From Octopus sinensis (lineage: Eukaryota), in assembly GCF_006345805.1 (NCBI RefSeq), contig NC_042998.1:40238001-40302000 (forward strand): a DNA stretch of 64,000 nucleotides, written 5' to 3'. The notes under the pieces were generated by a model. The model was not told the origin of the DNA and made no database searches. It saw only the letters and a program-made list of their open reading frames with translations. This document shows, piece after piece, positions 14,602 to 27,934 of the stretch. Numbering within the stretch: the stretch's first letter is position 1; every line of letters starts with the position of its first letter. Made by a program: the position numbers and the translations under genes.

Positions 14602-15248
14602 ATAGGCTGATCATATAAAGATGACTAATATTAAGTCATAGAACTCCGTGATATATTGCCATAATGGTTCTCCAGTATTCTTAATATTTAAGCAAAAAGC
14701 ACTGCTTTTCTAAATATTTCCTAATGAATATTTTGTTGTTACATAATTATAAAGGGTATCATAATTATATTGCCCAAATCAATAGCTGACTGTAGATTAA
14801 CCTCAATTTGGTGAGGTTTTAGTTTAAATATTCTAATCTAAGCATCTTTGAGGCCATTAAGTTATTGAAATTTATACATTAAAATTCTTTGCACGCAACA
14901 TCAAAATATTCAGCTCTTATATGACGAAATCACTTGCCTTTAATGTGTCTTTCAAATTCACACTCAACATCACTATCAGAACATACTCAGCTCATTTTCC
15001 TGGAGTTATTACAGATTTACTATTTTTACCATTCATGTTTTAACACTTCATACAATCTTTTTTAGCACTCATTCAAGCTTTATTTTCCTAAGTATGTATT
15101 ATGCTATACCATTAAGACATAACTATTTCAACTAGATCCAGAACAATCTTTAAGCTTAGACTATTGGTACTATTAGTTTCTGCAGAACACTTATTTTCAC
15201 TTGTTAATTTAGTACTGTTCTGTCAACATATTATTTATGCATCGACTG

Positions 15249-15640
15249 AAGGTGGTGAGCAGGCAGAAATGTTAGCACGCCGGGCGAAATGCTTAGCAGT
15301 ATTTCGTCTGTCGCTATGTTCTGAGTTCAAATTCCGCCGAGGTCGACTTTGCCTTTCATCCTTTCGGGGTTGATAAATTAAGTACCAGTTATGCACTGGG
15401 GTCGAGATAATCGACTTAATCCGTTTGTCTGTCCCGTGTTTAGCCCCTTGTGGGTAGTAAAGAAATATGTATTTCATCTGCCACTACATTCTGTGTTCAA
15501 ATTTCGCTGAGGTCGACTTCACCTTTCATCCTTTCAGGGTTGATAAATCAAGTACCAGCTGGATCCTGAGGTCGATGTGATTGACTGTCCCCCTTCCCGC
15601 AAAATCCAGGCCTTGTGCCTATAGTGGAAAAGATTATTTA
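15249..15640 (+). mobile_element. SINE with a Nin/Deu-like central domain, partly tandem-duplicated
   Basis: gccgaggtcgactttgcctttcatcctttcggggttgataaattaagtacc occurs twice (about 15336 and 15505). Degraded relatives lie near 42330, 51000 and 55740. Confidence 0.7.
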
Positions 15641-16444
15641 TGCCTCAACTGTCTGTACTGATTACACTGTGCAAGTTTTTTTTTTTTTTTTGCATTTGGT
15701 CAGTAAGTGTTATTTCCTATTTGCTTCTATCTAGTAATCAAAGGAAATTACAACTATTCTCTTCAAACTTTGCTTTTTGTGTCCTATTTTGAAACTGACC
15801 TATTATTTTCTATTACATTTCAGACAGATTCAGTGCTGAGTTACTGAAGCAGAAATATCATTATAGCGAAGATTCTGCTCAATACCACATATTTACTTGT
15901 GAGTTGCTTGACCTTAACCACTTGAACTTATCCCTTAGTGGCTGACAATGTGTTTCTCTGATCATGAGCAGTAGTAATGGAGTATGATAGCCATGTGTTG
16001 AGAAAGATTCTTTGGAGTTTGAATAAATGTAACACAAGCAAAGTCTGAAGGAAATATTAGTCATTTTTCATACTTTCTAGGGGTAAGCAAATAGGAAGTA
16101 ACAGTTACTACCCAAGAACAAAAATTGTTATCAATCTGGTTGGCTCAAGTTGCAACCCACTGTCATATAGATTTGGACATTTCCTATCAATACAGAATTT
16201 AGTATTTGCCACAATTTCTAAATTTCAAGTTTCACCTGTAATTCTTCAGTAAGCTTTGCAATGAAAACAATGGAAACTGCATAAAGACTCTTTCTTTGTA
16301 ACAATATACTGAATCTCATAAATAGTGCTAAAATATAACATGAGAAATAAAAGAGTAAAATTTAAGAGATAAAGTTGCTGATGCTAATTTTAGTACTTCC
16401 AGCAAACCCTATGCATATTGGGAATAACTATCATATATAACATA

Positions 16445-17355
16445 TCTACTACATATATGGGAAATTCTGTCTGTGGGTCTGTTTGTGGAGTTGTTAGCTA
16501 ACTCCTCCTCCATCGTTTTATCGATTTTGATGAAACTTGACATGTGAATAGAATTCATATCTGGAAACCTCATGGCATACTCAGATTGTTGACAAAAATC
16601 GATAACAGGGCCCCTGGAAGGGATCCTTATATATATCTAATATATTTTATTTTAAAAGCCAAGAGAAATAACCCATTCGCCCCTGGAAGGGATCCTTATA
16701 TATAGCCATGGGAAATAACCCATTTATTTCCCTAAAATATCTGGTATAAATCAAATTGAGTATACTTATTTCTTAGTATTTGAATTGTTAGAGTTATTTT
16801 TGCAATTTATCCAGTACAAACCTTAAACAAGTAAATAGTATTTCCCTAAACAATAGACCCACTTATTTCGGTTAGTGACTTATTCATGAATATACTAACA
16901 CTAGTGCCCCTGAGGGTAATATTCTCTGGGAACGCATAAAAGTCCTTTTCAGTTATTTACTTTGAATTGTTATTATCTCATATCTGATTAGCTTGTTATT
17001 ATGTAAAATGCTTCATGATTTTAGTATACATACCTTATTAGTATTTCCTCCTATGTTCTACTCTAGGAACGCATTAAAGCCCTTTTTGGGGCTACTTTAT
17101 TTGAATTCTTACTATTGGGTAATTAATTTCATGTTATTACATAACTAACTTCACAATTTGGGTATTCATAACTTAATGGGAATTCCTAAAAACAAGATCC
17201 TGTATAAGACAGTTTGGTATTCTCTGTAAATGCACAAAAACCATTTTAAGGGCTACATACTTTCTATTGTTGTTATTGGATTAGCAAAGCAATTATGAGA
17301 ACGGAACCAAGAGATAAGCCCCGCTTTCCTGGGAATTATCTGGTATGTCAGCTAG
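16445..17355 (+). mobile_element. Non-autonomous Helitron with internal repeats
   Basis: A|TCTACTACATATA 5' end. 3' end is a degenerate hairpin (cctgggaattatctgg) then CTAG|T. Internal repeats: gcccctggaagggatccttatatata x2 and ctct(g/a)ggaacgca x2-3. Confidence 0.7.
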
Positions 17356-17489
17356 TATCTATATATATATATGTAGATATATATTATAGAAAGGATTATA
17401 ATTCAAGATGTATCCTTGTGAAGCACATCTGCACATTCCAGTTATCAAATATACATAAGTATGTAGATGTTTTGCTTTAAATCAGAAAA

Positions 17490-18225
17490 TCATACATACT
17501 GGTGAAATTTGGAAACGACAGGCTGGACTACTTGGCATTTGCGTCAGAAGCTCCAATATGAACATTTCAGAGCATTTCGGTGTCAATCTGAGGACATGTA
17601 CCAAGAGAGATAAAAAATCAAACATCCAGTCAATATCATGGTATTTGAAGTGATCACTAGTGATGGTGAGGTTATGCCTCCATTCATCTTCCCACATGGT
17701 CTCAAACTCAATACAGAGGCCTACATCAAGTGCCTGAAGGAGGTAGTGCTGCCCTGGGTCAAAAGGGTGGCTGCTGGAAGACCCTATGTCTGGCAATAGG
17801 ACTCTGCACCATGCCACACAAGCCAGAGAACCCAGTCATGGCTGCCAGACAATTTCTGCGACCACATCACCCCTAACATCTAGCCACCTAACTCCCCAGA
17901 CTGCAACTCCTTTGATTATTATATGTGGGGCACAGTTAAGTGAAAGACTAACAAAACTCCTTGTAACACCAAAGATGAACTAAAGGCAAGCATTATGGCA
18001 GCAGTCACCAACTTAAACAAGGAGACCATCCAGAAGAGTTGCAGGAGATTCCAAAGTCATCTGGAGGCCGTGGTTGAAACCAATGGCGATTTTATTGAAT
18101 AAATTTACTCTTTAGTATTTCAAGATATTTTAATGTAATTTTGATGAATATATCTGTTAAAATGAGATGTCAGTGTTATTTTCATTTTCATGTAATTTAG
18201 ACAACAGTTTATTCACTGCACCCTG
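17490..18225 (+). mobile_element. maT (DD37D) Tc1/mariner transposase remnant with right TIR
   Basis: Translates WQ*DSAPCHTS...I*PPNSPDCNSFDYYMWG, with 37 residues between the 2nd and 3rd catalytic D and two in-frame stops. Ends ...cactgcaccctg|TA. Confidence 0.85.
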
Positions 18226-19012
18226 TATATAAAACTAACTAGCGAGTTCTATGTTTGTAAATAAAATGTAGCATCAAATCCCCAGGCAATCTGTTTTATC
18301 TGAGTTCATCAATTCTAATTATTATCTCAAAATTTAAACCCTGTAAAATTTTCCTTTTTCTAATATGCGCTATTGCTTTTGCAGATAATAACAGCACCAG
18401 CAAGTTAATAGAAAAAAATCAGATGTAAAATAGATTGACAATGATATATATTATATCAGTTGAATAAAGTTAAAACATGGTCTGGTTTTCACATTTTTTA
18501 TCATTGTATTTAAAAATATCTTTTTACAATACTGAAGTGTGTTAAACATTAAAAAAAATATTTTATAATGTTCATAAAGTTCAATTAGCACTTTCATATG
18601 TTCATAGTAATCATCAGATTCCAAAATGTATATAACTGACAGTTGAGTTCTTGGCAACTGTAGTAAAATGACTGACTTCTTCCTTTTTATACCTCTTAGA
18701 AGGCTCGAACAAGCTGAATTTTTCGAATACAGTCTTGATCAAAACGCATGCAGATTCGTCAAAACTGTATTGTGTGTGTACATACGTGAGTGTGTTTGTG
18801 TGTATCCTTGTCTTGATATCATGCAATTGTCATAAATGAGGGTTATCACACCAGTGATATAATTCATTTCTAGTCTTCCCTAAAAACATTAGGTCATGGG
18901 GAAATATTACCTTGCTAGGAAACAGATGAGGCTTGGTAACAGATAATCAACCTCAACAAATTCTGCCTGAATCGTGCAAGCATGAAAAAGTGGCCGTTGA
19001 TGATGATGATGA

Positions 19013-19057
<45 letters not shown>

Positions 19058-19906
19058 CCACTTGATAAGATTGATATTTAAATATATTATCCTTATTTAT
19101 AAATATATATATATGTATATATCTAAGTCACAATATATATGTATATATATTTAAATCACAATATATGAATTCAAGTAATCAAGTAGTACTCAAAAAAGCT
19201 CCTTAATGTATCATTCTACAAAACAGAATATATAATACGATGCAAGAGAAAATTATAAGGAAATTTCATCAAACTATTTCTCTATCATTTGTGACTTTAT
19301 ATATATGAATATTTATATATATGTACATATACACACATGCAAAGAGTTGTCATTAACTTTTTTTTAAATGTGCTACTACTTCATTACGATATTCTAGCTC
19401 TGCAAAATTTCTCTTTTTTTTTTTCCACCAGGAAATTCCCTTTTGGCCTATCTTCCTTTAATACTCCTTTAACATGTGAGCCCTTATTTGCCTTGTCAGT
19501 ATATAAACACTCCACATCAACAATCTATTCTTGAGTACACAACAGTTTATTGACATTATTGTATTGACTTCTAATGCCTATTTGCTTTGTCCAATAGTTG
19601 TCATGTTTCTCTGCTTGTATGCGTATACATGTGTGCATATAAAAGCCCTTGCTGTAGACAAAGTGTAAATGCCCTCTTAAATCTACCTCTTCAGCTTTTA
19701 GATAATTGTACACCTTCATATCTTTCCGTTATACATTGAGCGTTTCAGTAAATACACAAATGGTGACCAGATAAAATACATTTCAAAATATAACCTTATT
19801 ATTTAAAATAAGTTCAAAATTCATTGTTTATAAAGTTACATAAGTAGTACTTCTGTAATTTTTCCATGTTGATATGGGCTTAACGAGACTGCTTCTCTCC
19901 ATGAGG

Positions 19907-20033
19907 TAATCAATATCTTTATTCCAGTTAAAAAAAGTTAATGACAACTCTCCACAAGTTAATCAATATCTTTATTCCAGTTAAAAAAAGTTAATGACAA
20001 CTCTCCACGAGTTAATCAATATCTTTATTCCAG
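19907..20033. repeat. 53-bp tandem repeat, about 2.4 copies
   Basis: Unit taatcaatatctttattccagttaaaaaaagttaatgacaactctccac(a/g)agt. Confidence 0.9.
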
Positions 20034-21721
20034 TCATGGCTATGTGATAAGAAGCTTGCTTCCCAACCATATGGTTCCAGATTCAGTCCCACAGCATGGC
20101 ACGTAGAGCAAAAGTTGTAAATGATTGCCACTGTCATACAAGAAGTGTCATTCATTTCCAATATTCTGCAAGAATGTCTGGCCATGAGGAAATGTTGTCT
20201 TGCTCAGAATCCAGTGAGAGTTGGCAACTGGAAGGGCACAGAAAAGTGGACACCAAAATGATGATAATGGGGATGACGATGATGATGAAGATGATTCCTG
20301 GTCTTTTAATGGTCTGACTGCCCCAGTTCAAAATTTTTTTAGCTTGCTTCTGTTTCACAAACTATAAATTTACAACTACATTTGCTCATTTAGCCATTAA
20401 CATTCACTATTGTTAAATACACATATCAGTTTTGAAGGTAACATATGAAGCTTCTAAATCGATTTTTTAGCTTTACATTTATAAACACACCATCAAAAAT
20501 ATATACTTATTTAATTGCTTTCAAGTTCTATGGCTGTGTGGTTAAGAAGCTTGCTTTGCAATCCCATGGTTTTGGGTTCAGTCTTACTGCACAACACTTT
20601 GAGCAAGTGTCTTTTACTATAGCCCTGAGCTGACCAATGCCTTATGAATGAATTTGGTAGATAGAAACCGCGTGGAAGCCTGTTGTGAGCTCTCTCCCTA
20701 TATTACATTAATTCACCACATTCCCATGAACCAAACTTTATTGTATCATGCACTATGCTTGTCCCAACCTAATCCTGCAGCCCAACACTGCTTTATAATA
20801 TTTCTCTTGTCCTCCCCCTGCCAACTGTGTCATTACTATCCTTCCACTCCTCTATATACCTGTGTTCACCACTTACTGCACTGCCCTTCCTCTCTTCTCT
20901 GTCTTCTACTCTCCCTTTAGATTCTTGTGAACTCCTTACCCACTTAGCCTGTCCAATCCTCTGACTCAACTTACATTCACCTCTTTGTACATCTTCACCA
21001 CCATTTTCTCTCTCTCACTCTTTCTCTCAATTGACTGAGGTAGCCGTGTACCTCCTCTACAGCAAGGCACCTCTATCACTGTTAATCCTCACATTGCACA
21101 GCACAGCACAAAACCACCTCTCTGAATACCATTCCCCCTCTTAGTAGAGTGGTCTTTGTCATGTGAGTTATTTGTTCACCTTACCAGTGCTGGTGTCACC
21201 CAAAAAAGCACCAAGTATACACTCTAAAGTGGGTGGTATTTGGAAGGGTATCCAGATGTAGGAACTATGCCAAAAACAGACAGTAGAGCTTGGTGTAAAT
21301 CCTCTTGCTCACCAGCTCCTGTTAAACTGTCTGACTCAAACCATGGAAAATGGACATTAAATGATGATGATGATGATATAAGTGTGTGTGTGTGTTTGTG
21401 TCTTAGTTAATTTCAACCTCCCACCAACAGCTTGAAAACTGGAGTTGGTTTGTTTAGCTAGTGGCTTGGCAAAATACACTGATAGAATAAGCACAAAACT
21501 TAAAAACAAAACTCTTCAACACAGTGCCTCAGCATGGCTGCATTCCAATGACTGAAACAAGTTGAAAAAAAAAAAAGAAAAGATAATAATTTTGTACTTT
21601 CATTGTTCTGCAGTGTAACCTACCAATATATTTAAGAAAATCCACCTTTTGCATACATATATATATATATGAATATTAATGAAACAGCACTATACATGTG
21701 TGTGTGAATACACACACACAC

Positions 21722-21766
<45 letters not shown>

Positions 21767-22030
21767 GTATATGTCTATATATACATATACATACATATAT
21801 ATATGTAATGAATATGAGGGGTTTAGTTCACTGATGATCTAAACCAATAGGTACGCTGTGTAAGTGGTCATCCATTAGGTTCCAAGTTCACAGCTAAAAT
21901 AAGAGCTAGGGATCTGTAGTAGGCTATTGAGTCAGCAGGTATATATCAAAGAAAAGGAAAACAGAACCAAGGCAGGACAAGCATCTCAAGTCATTTGGAA
22001 TATTTAATTAGAATAAGGGTGAGTCAAAAA

Positions 22031-22294
22031 AGAAGTAGAAGTAATGTCTTACAGCTGTTTCTGGGAAAGTCCCAGACAGAGCATTTACAATGAATAGAAG
22101 AAACCGCCATACTCTCTAGAACAAGATGAACTGTGAATTTTATTCTCCTATCTACTGTTCCATTCTTCTGTCTGCTGTAAATTCTCCATCTGGAGCTTTC
22201 TTGCATACACACCTTGTCTCTGATGATGGAATACCCAGTGTATGGGGGTGTTGAGAGATCCCAGAAACAGCTGTAAGACATTACTTCTACTTCT
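22031..22294. mobile_element. Hammerhead-bearing fold-back element (Penelope-like pLTR remnant)
   Basis: Perfect 36-bp inverted arms at 22031-22066 and 22259-22294, overlapping the hammerhead at 22215-22280. A (TA)n tract lies at about 21720-21805. Confidence 0.65.
22215..22280 (+). ncRNA. Type-I hammerhead ribozyme motif, canonical core
   Basis: UGUCU-CUGAUGA-UGG...CCA-GAA-ACAGCUGU-A|AGACA. Stem I is 5 bp, stem III is palindromic, triplet GUA; predicted cut at 22275/22276. Confidence 0.8.
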
Positions 22295-22371
22295 CTTTTT
22301 TTGATCCACCTTTAATCAAATATTCTAAATGACCTGAGATGTTTGTCCCACCTTGGTTTTGTTTTCCTTTT

Positions 22372-23181
22372 TCTTTTAATGTGCCCTGAGAAAAGTTGGA
22401 CATAAGAAGCATCAGATATGGTGTGCAAGAGAGACGACTGCACTGGGATCGTCATGTGATGCGTATGGATGGGGATGGCTGTGTAAAGAAGTGTCACACT
22501 CTAACAGTGGAGGGAACTGTGAAAGTGGTAGACTCAGGAAGACAATAGCAGAGGTAGACCCAGAAAGGCATGGTGAAGCACGACCTTCGAACGTTGGACT
22601 TCACAAAGGCAATGACAAACGACCAAGATCTTTGGAGATATGTTGTACTTGAGAAGACCTGGCAAGCCAAGTGAGATTGTAGTTATGGCTGATGTCAGTG
22701 TTGCATAACTGGCCTGTTTAAAAGCACCCTTCAATCGTTGGCTGATATGCCATGATTGTGAAGACCTGTTGAACCAAGTGAAATTGTAATTGAGGCTGAT
22801 GCCATGTAAAAACCAGCATTTGAGAGTAGCCAATGCTAGTGCTGCCTGACTAGCATCCATGCTGGTGGCACATAAAAAGCACCATTTGAGTGTAGCCAAT
22901 GCCAGTGCTGCCTGACTGGCATCCATGCTGGTGGCACATAAAAAGCACCATTTGAGTGTAGCCAATGCCAGTGCTGCCTGACTGGCATCCACGCTGGTGG
23001 CATGTAAAAAGCACCCACTACACTCTTGGAGTGGTTGGCATTAGGAAAGGCATCCAGCTGTAGAAACCTTGCCAAATTGGATTGGAGCCTGATACAGCCT
23101 TCTGGCCTGCCAGTGCTCAGTCAAACCTTCCAATTGATGCCAGCATGGAAAACAGACGTTAAATGACGATGATGATGATGG
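22372..23181 (+). mobile_element. RTE-clade LINE 3' fragment with a 66-bp x3 tandem repeat in the 3' UTR
   Basis: Degraded translation ..KLDIRSIRYGVQERRLHWDRHVMRMDGDGCVKKC..VEG resembles the RTE ORF C-terminus (RRLRWFGHV.RM). 66-bp units at about 22826-23010; (GAT)n tail. Confidence 0.8.
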
Positions 23182-24806
23182 TATATATAGGCAAATTGAA
23201 AATGAAAATATAAATAAAAACAAAAGCAACAAAAGTCACAAGGATGTACACATTGAATGTAGTAGGTTGACACTCAGTTTAAGATGGTAAAAAGAGAGGG
23301 TGTGTGTGATGTTTTGATTGTGACTCTTCATCAGGAGGAGGAAAGAGGATTGGTCTGGAGAGAAGGAAAGGAATAGTCCAAGAAAAACACTCTCTTTAGT
23401 TAATCCCAAAATGTAGGTACTGAACAGATAATGTATTTACATACTCGTGTATTCTATTACTTGTTTCAATTTAATATGAAAACCAACAAAAAAAAATAGA
23501 AGATTTATGTGAATAATATTTCTCTGACTGAGAACAACGAATCAAGATAATAAAAAATGGAGATAGTGCTGAATTGTTGGCAGTTTTTATACAAATTATT
23601 AAATGACTAAATTTTTTCAAATGCTACTGAGGTTTATCAAATGATAATGGTGTGGTAGAAATTGGCAAAACTTCTTTCTCAATCTTTTCTGTTGAATCAG
23701 ATCCGGAAGTTTGAAATTTAGAATTTGTATAAAAGTTAATAAAAAAAAAACTCTCAAAAAAAATTGAAGGAGTAATAAAGTATGGTAACTTAAAAGGACA
23801 ATACAGAAAGTCAGTAATTTCCTTCAGTTGAAACACTTTTAAAATTATATGGAGTTTGGCCAGCAGAGACGAAACTTGTGGAACAAATGAAAGAAAGAAA
23901 CAAATTTGTAAAAACTTTTTGCAAGAAATTCTGTATACTTAACTTCATTGATCAGGAAACTAAAATAACACTGATGACACATAATAAATTAAAAAAAAAC
24001 CCCATTAGGTTACTTTCAATAAATCTTTCCTCAAACATTCCAACTGGCTCAATGCCAACCAGATTGCAGCTAGTTATTTTTGTCACGAGTTACTGCATTT
24101 TGAGACAAATATCCAGTTTTGAAACTAACTGTAAGTTTCAAACTTCGATTAAGTTTTTATTAAAAAAAAAAAAGAAGTCAAATTTAAAAAAATTAAAAAT
24201 TCCACTGTTAAGTGAAAAATTTCTCTCACAGAAACTTAATCTTAAGTTTAAAGCTTTTATGAATCTCATATCTAATTTTTCCAATCATTTCTAAGTAAAA
24301 ATAGATAAAAATGAAACCATTATTATTGATCTATATTGTGCATGCATGCATGTATGCACACACACACACACACAACATAATTATCTCTTCCCATTTTGTC
24401 CCAAGATACAGCGATATAAACTGTCCATCAACATTTGTAAACATGTTCTATGCTTGTAAGTTATTTTTTCTTATTTATTTTTAATATCCACTCATGAATT
24501 GGATGGCTCTGTCATTCAAATACTGCAGTATGTGGATCACATTATAACTAATCAACTAATCATAAGTTGGAATGATTGCTGAGGTTAGACAAGAAGAATA
24601 AGATATTCCTTGGAGCTGGATGCAATATGAATAAGAATCAAGTTGCCATGTGTGTATACACACTGTATTATTTTTATAGTTAAACAGTATCAAGTGATGT
24701 TTATCATAACACTGACACTTGAGAAGGACAATTAATATAATCTCATGTATGTGTAAGTGCATGCACACATACACACACATTCAAATAATGAATATGCCTA
24801 CTATAT

Positions 24807-25190
24807 AGGCGTAGGAGCGGCTGTGTGGTAAGTAGCTTGCTTACCAACCACATGGTTCCAGGTTCAGTCCTACTGCGTGGCACCTTGGGTAAGTGTCTTC
24901 TACTATAGCTTCGGGCCGACCAAAGCCTTGTGAGTGGAATTGGTAGACAGAATCTGAAAGAAGCCCGTTGTATATATGTATGTGTGTGTGTGTGTGTGTT
25001 TGTCCCCCCAACAACGCTCAACAACTGGTGTGTTTACGTCCCCGTAACTTAGCAGTTCGGCAAAAGAGACCGATAGAATAAGTACTAGGCTCACAAAGAA
25101 TAAGTACTGGGGTCAATTTGCTTGACTAAAGGCGGTGCTCTAGTATGGCCGCAGTCAAATGACTGAAACAAGTAAAAGAGTAAAGAGTAT
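24807..25190 (+). mobile_element. Major tRNA-SINE family, full length
   Basis: ggcgtaggagcggctgtgtggtaag head, B-box-like ggttcagtcc, internal (TG)n and (gtaaaaga)n tail. Confidence 0.85.
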
Positions 25191-26029
25191 GCATTTTTTA
25201 AAAATATAAAACAATAGACAACCATTTTGTATAATGTGGTATTTGGGGTTGAAAACCCCTTATCAAACAGAAATAGATACTTAGAGCAGAGCTGAAAGTA
25301 TTCAGAAGCATTCTTGTAGAAATGCAAAGCCTGCAATACCAAAGCTCACAAGGCAACTAGCTATTTTGCTAATATATCCTTTGCTTCACAAACATTTAGT
25401 GAAAGAGAACTGGCTTTCACCAAATATATAGCTTCTACTATAGTTAAATGATAATTTGTATAGATAATGTATGTTGGAGTGGATTTGGTCTTTAATGCCA
25501 TCTACTTGGGTGAAAACAATGAACTTTATTTTTTGGTCTTATTAGACCCCCTTCAGTGAACAATATTTGATTCAGTTGGTATGATTAATGCTCAATATAT
25601 TTAGAATAGATATATAATAGTGGTACTGATTATGAATATCAACAATGACTTAAACACAAATGTGGTAGAATCTCATAATATACTTGAAAAACATTGATCA
25701 ATTGAGATTTTTGAAGTAATTAGAAAAGAAATACTCCTTCAGAGGGTTTTTAAACTCTAAAAGCAAGGGAGCTAATTTCAATAAGATCAGCTGATTGAAA
25801 TGTTTGGACAAAATAGACAAGGCATATTGTAGCATTAAAGTTATCTTCATATCTTTTTGTTTCTGATTTTAAAGACTTTTTAAAGGAGTTTTTGTCAACT
25901 AATTACTTAGATAATCTCATTTTATAGACGTTTATCAACTCACTATATTACATATGTAAGACCTAGCCATATTTGCCTGAGGCATGAAACTCTCCAATCA
26001 TAATCGACATTACTACATTGAATACTCTC

Positions 26030-26200
26030 TAAGCACCCACTACACTCGCGGAGTGGTTGGCGTTAGGAAGGGCATCCAGCTGTAGAAACACTGCCAGATC
26101 AGACTGGAGCCTGGGGCAGCCCCTGGCTCCCCAGACCCCGGTCGAACCATCCAACCCGTGCTAGCGCGGAAAACGGACATTAAACGATGATGATGATGAT
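26030..26200 (+). mobile_element. RTE-type 3' end, young copy
   Basis: CpG-intact version of the aggaagggcatccagctgtagaaac...gatgatgat module. Confidence 0.75.
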
Positions 26201-27656
26201 ATATATAGACACAAGTATAGCTGATTAGTAAGGGGTTTGCTCCCCAATCACATGGTTTCAGGTTCTGCTCCACTGCATGGCACCATGAGCAAGTGTTTCT
26301 ACTATAACACTGGCCTGACCAAAGCTTTGTGAATAGATTTGCTAAATGGAGACTGAAAGAAGCCCATTGTATGTATGTATGTATAGATCATCATCATTAT
26401 CATCATCACCATCATCATCCTCTAATGTCTGTTTTTCCATGATGATGTGGGAAGAACAGTTTGACCAGTTGGCAAGCTGCACTAGGTTCCAGTCTGCTTT
26501 AGCATGGTTTCTACAGTTGGATGCCTTTTCTAATGCCAACCACTCTACAGTGTGCGCTGGGTGCTTTTAATGTGCCACCAACATGAGTGCCTGTATGTGG
26601 TACTGGCACAAGTGATTATAATGTGACATAATTTTACTGGCATACTTATATGTGTATGTGTGTGTGTGTGTGTGCATATGCTACTGTCTTCTTGCTTTCA
26701 ATCTTCTGTGAAAACTTTATCTGGTTATGGGGAAATATTAGCTTACTTGATAACAGGTGATGATTGGCATAAAGTAAGGGCATCCAGCCACAGAAACTCT
26801 AGCTCAAGAAAATTTCATCCAACACAAGCAATCATAGAAAAGCGGACATTTAAACGATGATGATGATGATGATGATGATGATACTTAAAAGAAAAGAAAA
26901 ATGCAGAAGATGAATGAAGAATAAAAGTGTGTGTGTGGGAGGTTAAGTAATACGGGTTAAGGAAAGTGAAACTATTTTCTTTGAAAATATTTTAGATAAC
27001 TAGGAACAAGTGCAAATCAACTTATGATGAAGAATGTAAAATCAGTGAAAATATGAGAAAATTTTAATACTTATAAGATATTAAGATTTGAATTTGTAGA
27101 AGGATTAGCAATTTGAGGTTGAAGCACAAGATAAAGATAATAAAAATGATAAAAGTTTGACTATGTTAACAGTATAGAATTACAAGACATCCCACATGAT
27201 GATTTTGAGCATCTTTAGAAAGTTTTTTATTATGAAGGTATAAAACAGTTGTAGGTATATAAAGTCTGAAAAAAAGGTGGGCGATGATCAGGGGTTTACT
27301 CAAATGGCAGATGGAGAACTAAATAACAACAGTGGAAATGAATTCTTATGGTTAAAGTGATTTTTTTTTCTAAACCATGTGAAAACTCTTAATGTTCATC
27401 GTTTCTAATGGATTGATTTGATGTGTGTGTATGTGTGTGTGTGTGTGTGTGTGTGTAGCTAAAGGATTCATTAGAATCTAGGCATGTCAACATGGAAGAC
27501 ACCTGAAATGGCTTGGTACAATAACATAGGGTTCACAGTGAAGTAAAATAATCATGAAGGTATCATGTGTTAGTAGCGAACTGTAGATATGTAAGTACCA
27601 AATCCAATTTAAACTGGATCTAACTCAGGACTGGTTCTTGGTGAGGTACAGGCATA

Positions 27657-27934
27657 AAAGAAAACACAAATGGGGTTCAAAGTTTATGACAGCTGTTTTG
27701 GTAGAATTTTATTGATGTATTCATTGATTACATTATAGCATGTAATCTACCATCTTCAGGTAAAATTTTAAACAGGTATAAACAGGTGAGATGATACCTT
27801 GATGACAAATCCAACTAACATATTGGATACAAAATTTTATCTGAAGACGGTGGATTGTATGCTATAAAGTAATCAATTAATAAAATTCTATTGAAACAGC
27901 TGTTGTAAATTTTAAACTCCGTTTGTGTACTTTT
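27657..27934. mobile_element. Hammerhead-bearing fold-back element with one ribozyme motif per arm
   Basis: Diverged inverted arms of about 105-110 bp (about 27657-27769 and 27831-27934). The + arm reads CUGAAGA...GAAACAGCUGUU; the - arm reads CUGAAGA...AAAACAGCUGUC. Confidence 0.7.
27836..27909 (+). ncRNA. Type-I hammerhead ribozyme motif (decayed stems)
   Basis: UUUAU-CUGAAGA-C-GGUGGA...UCUAUU-GAA-ACAGCUGU-U|GUAAA. Confidence 0.65.

Noticed and set aside
18640-18770. KTVFEKFSLFEPSKR resembling Ro60 FKTVEPTGKR
   Set aside because: The similarity is weak, there is no downstream DVSxSM motif and no convincing acceptor.
19525-19719. MKVYNYLKAEEV as a possible next RO60 exon
   Set aside because: An in-frame stop lies 4 codons upstream, there is no good acceptor, and the similarity does not extend.
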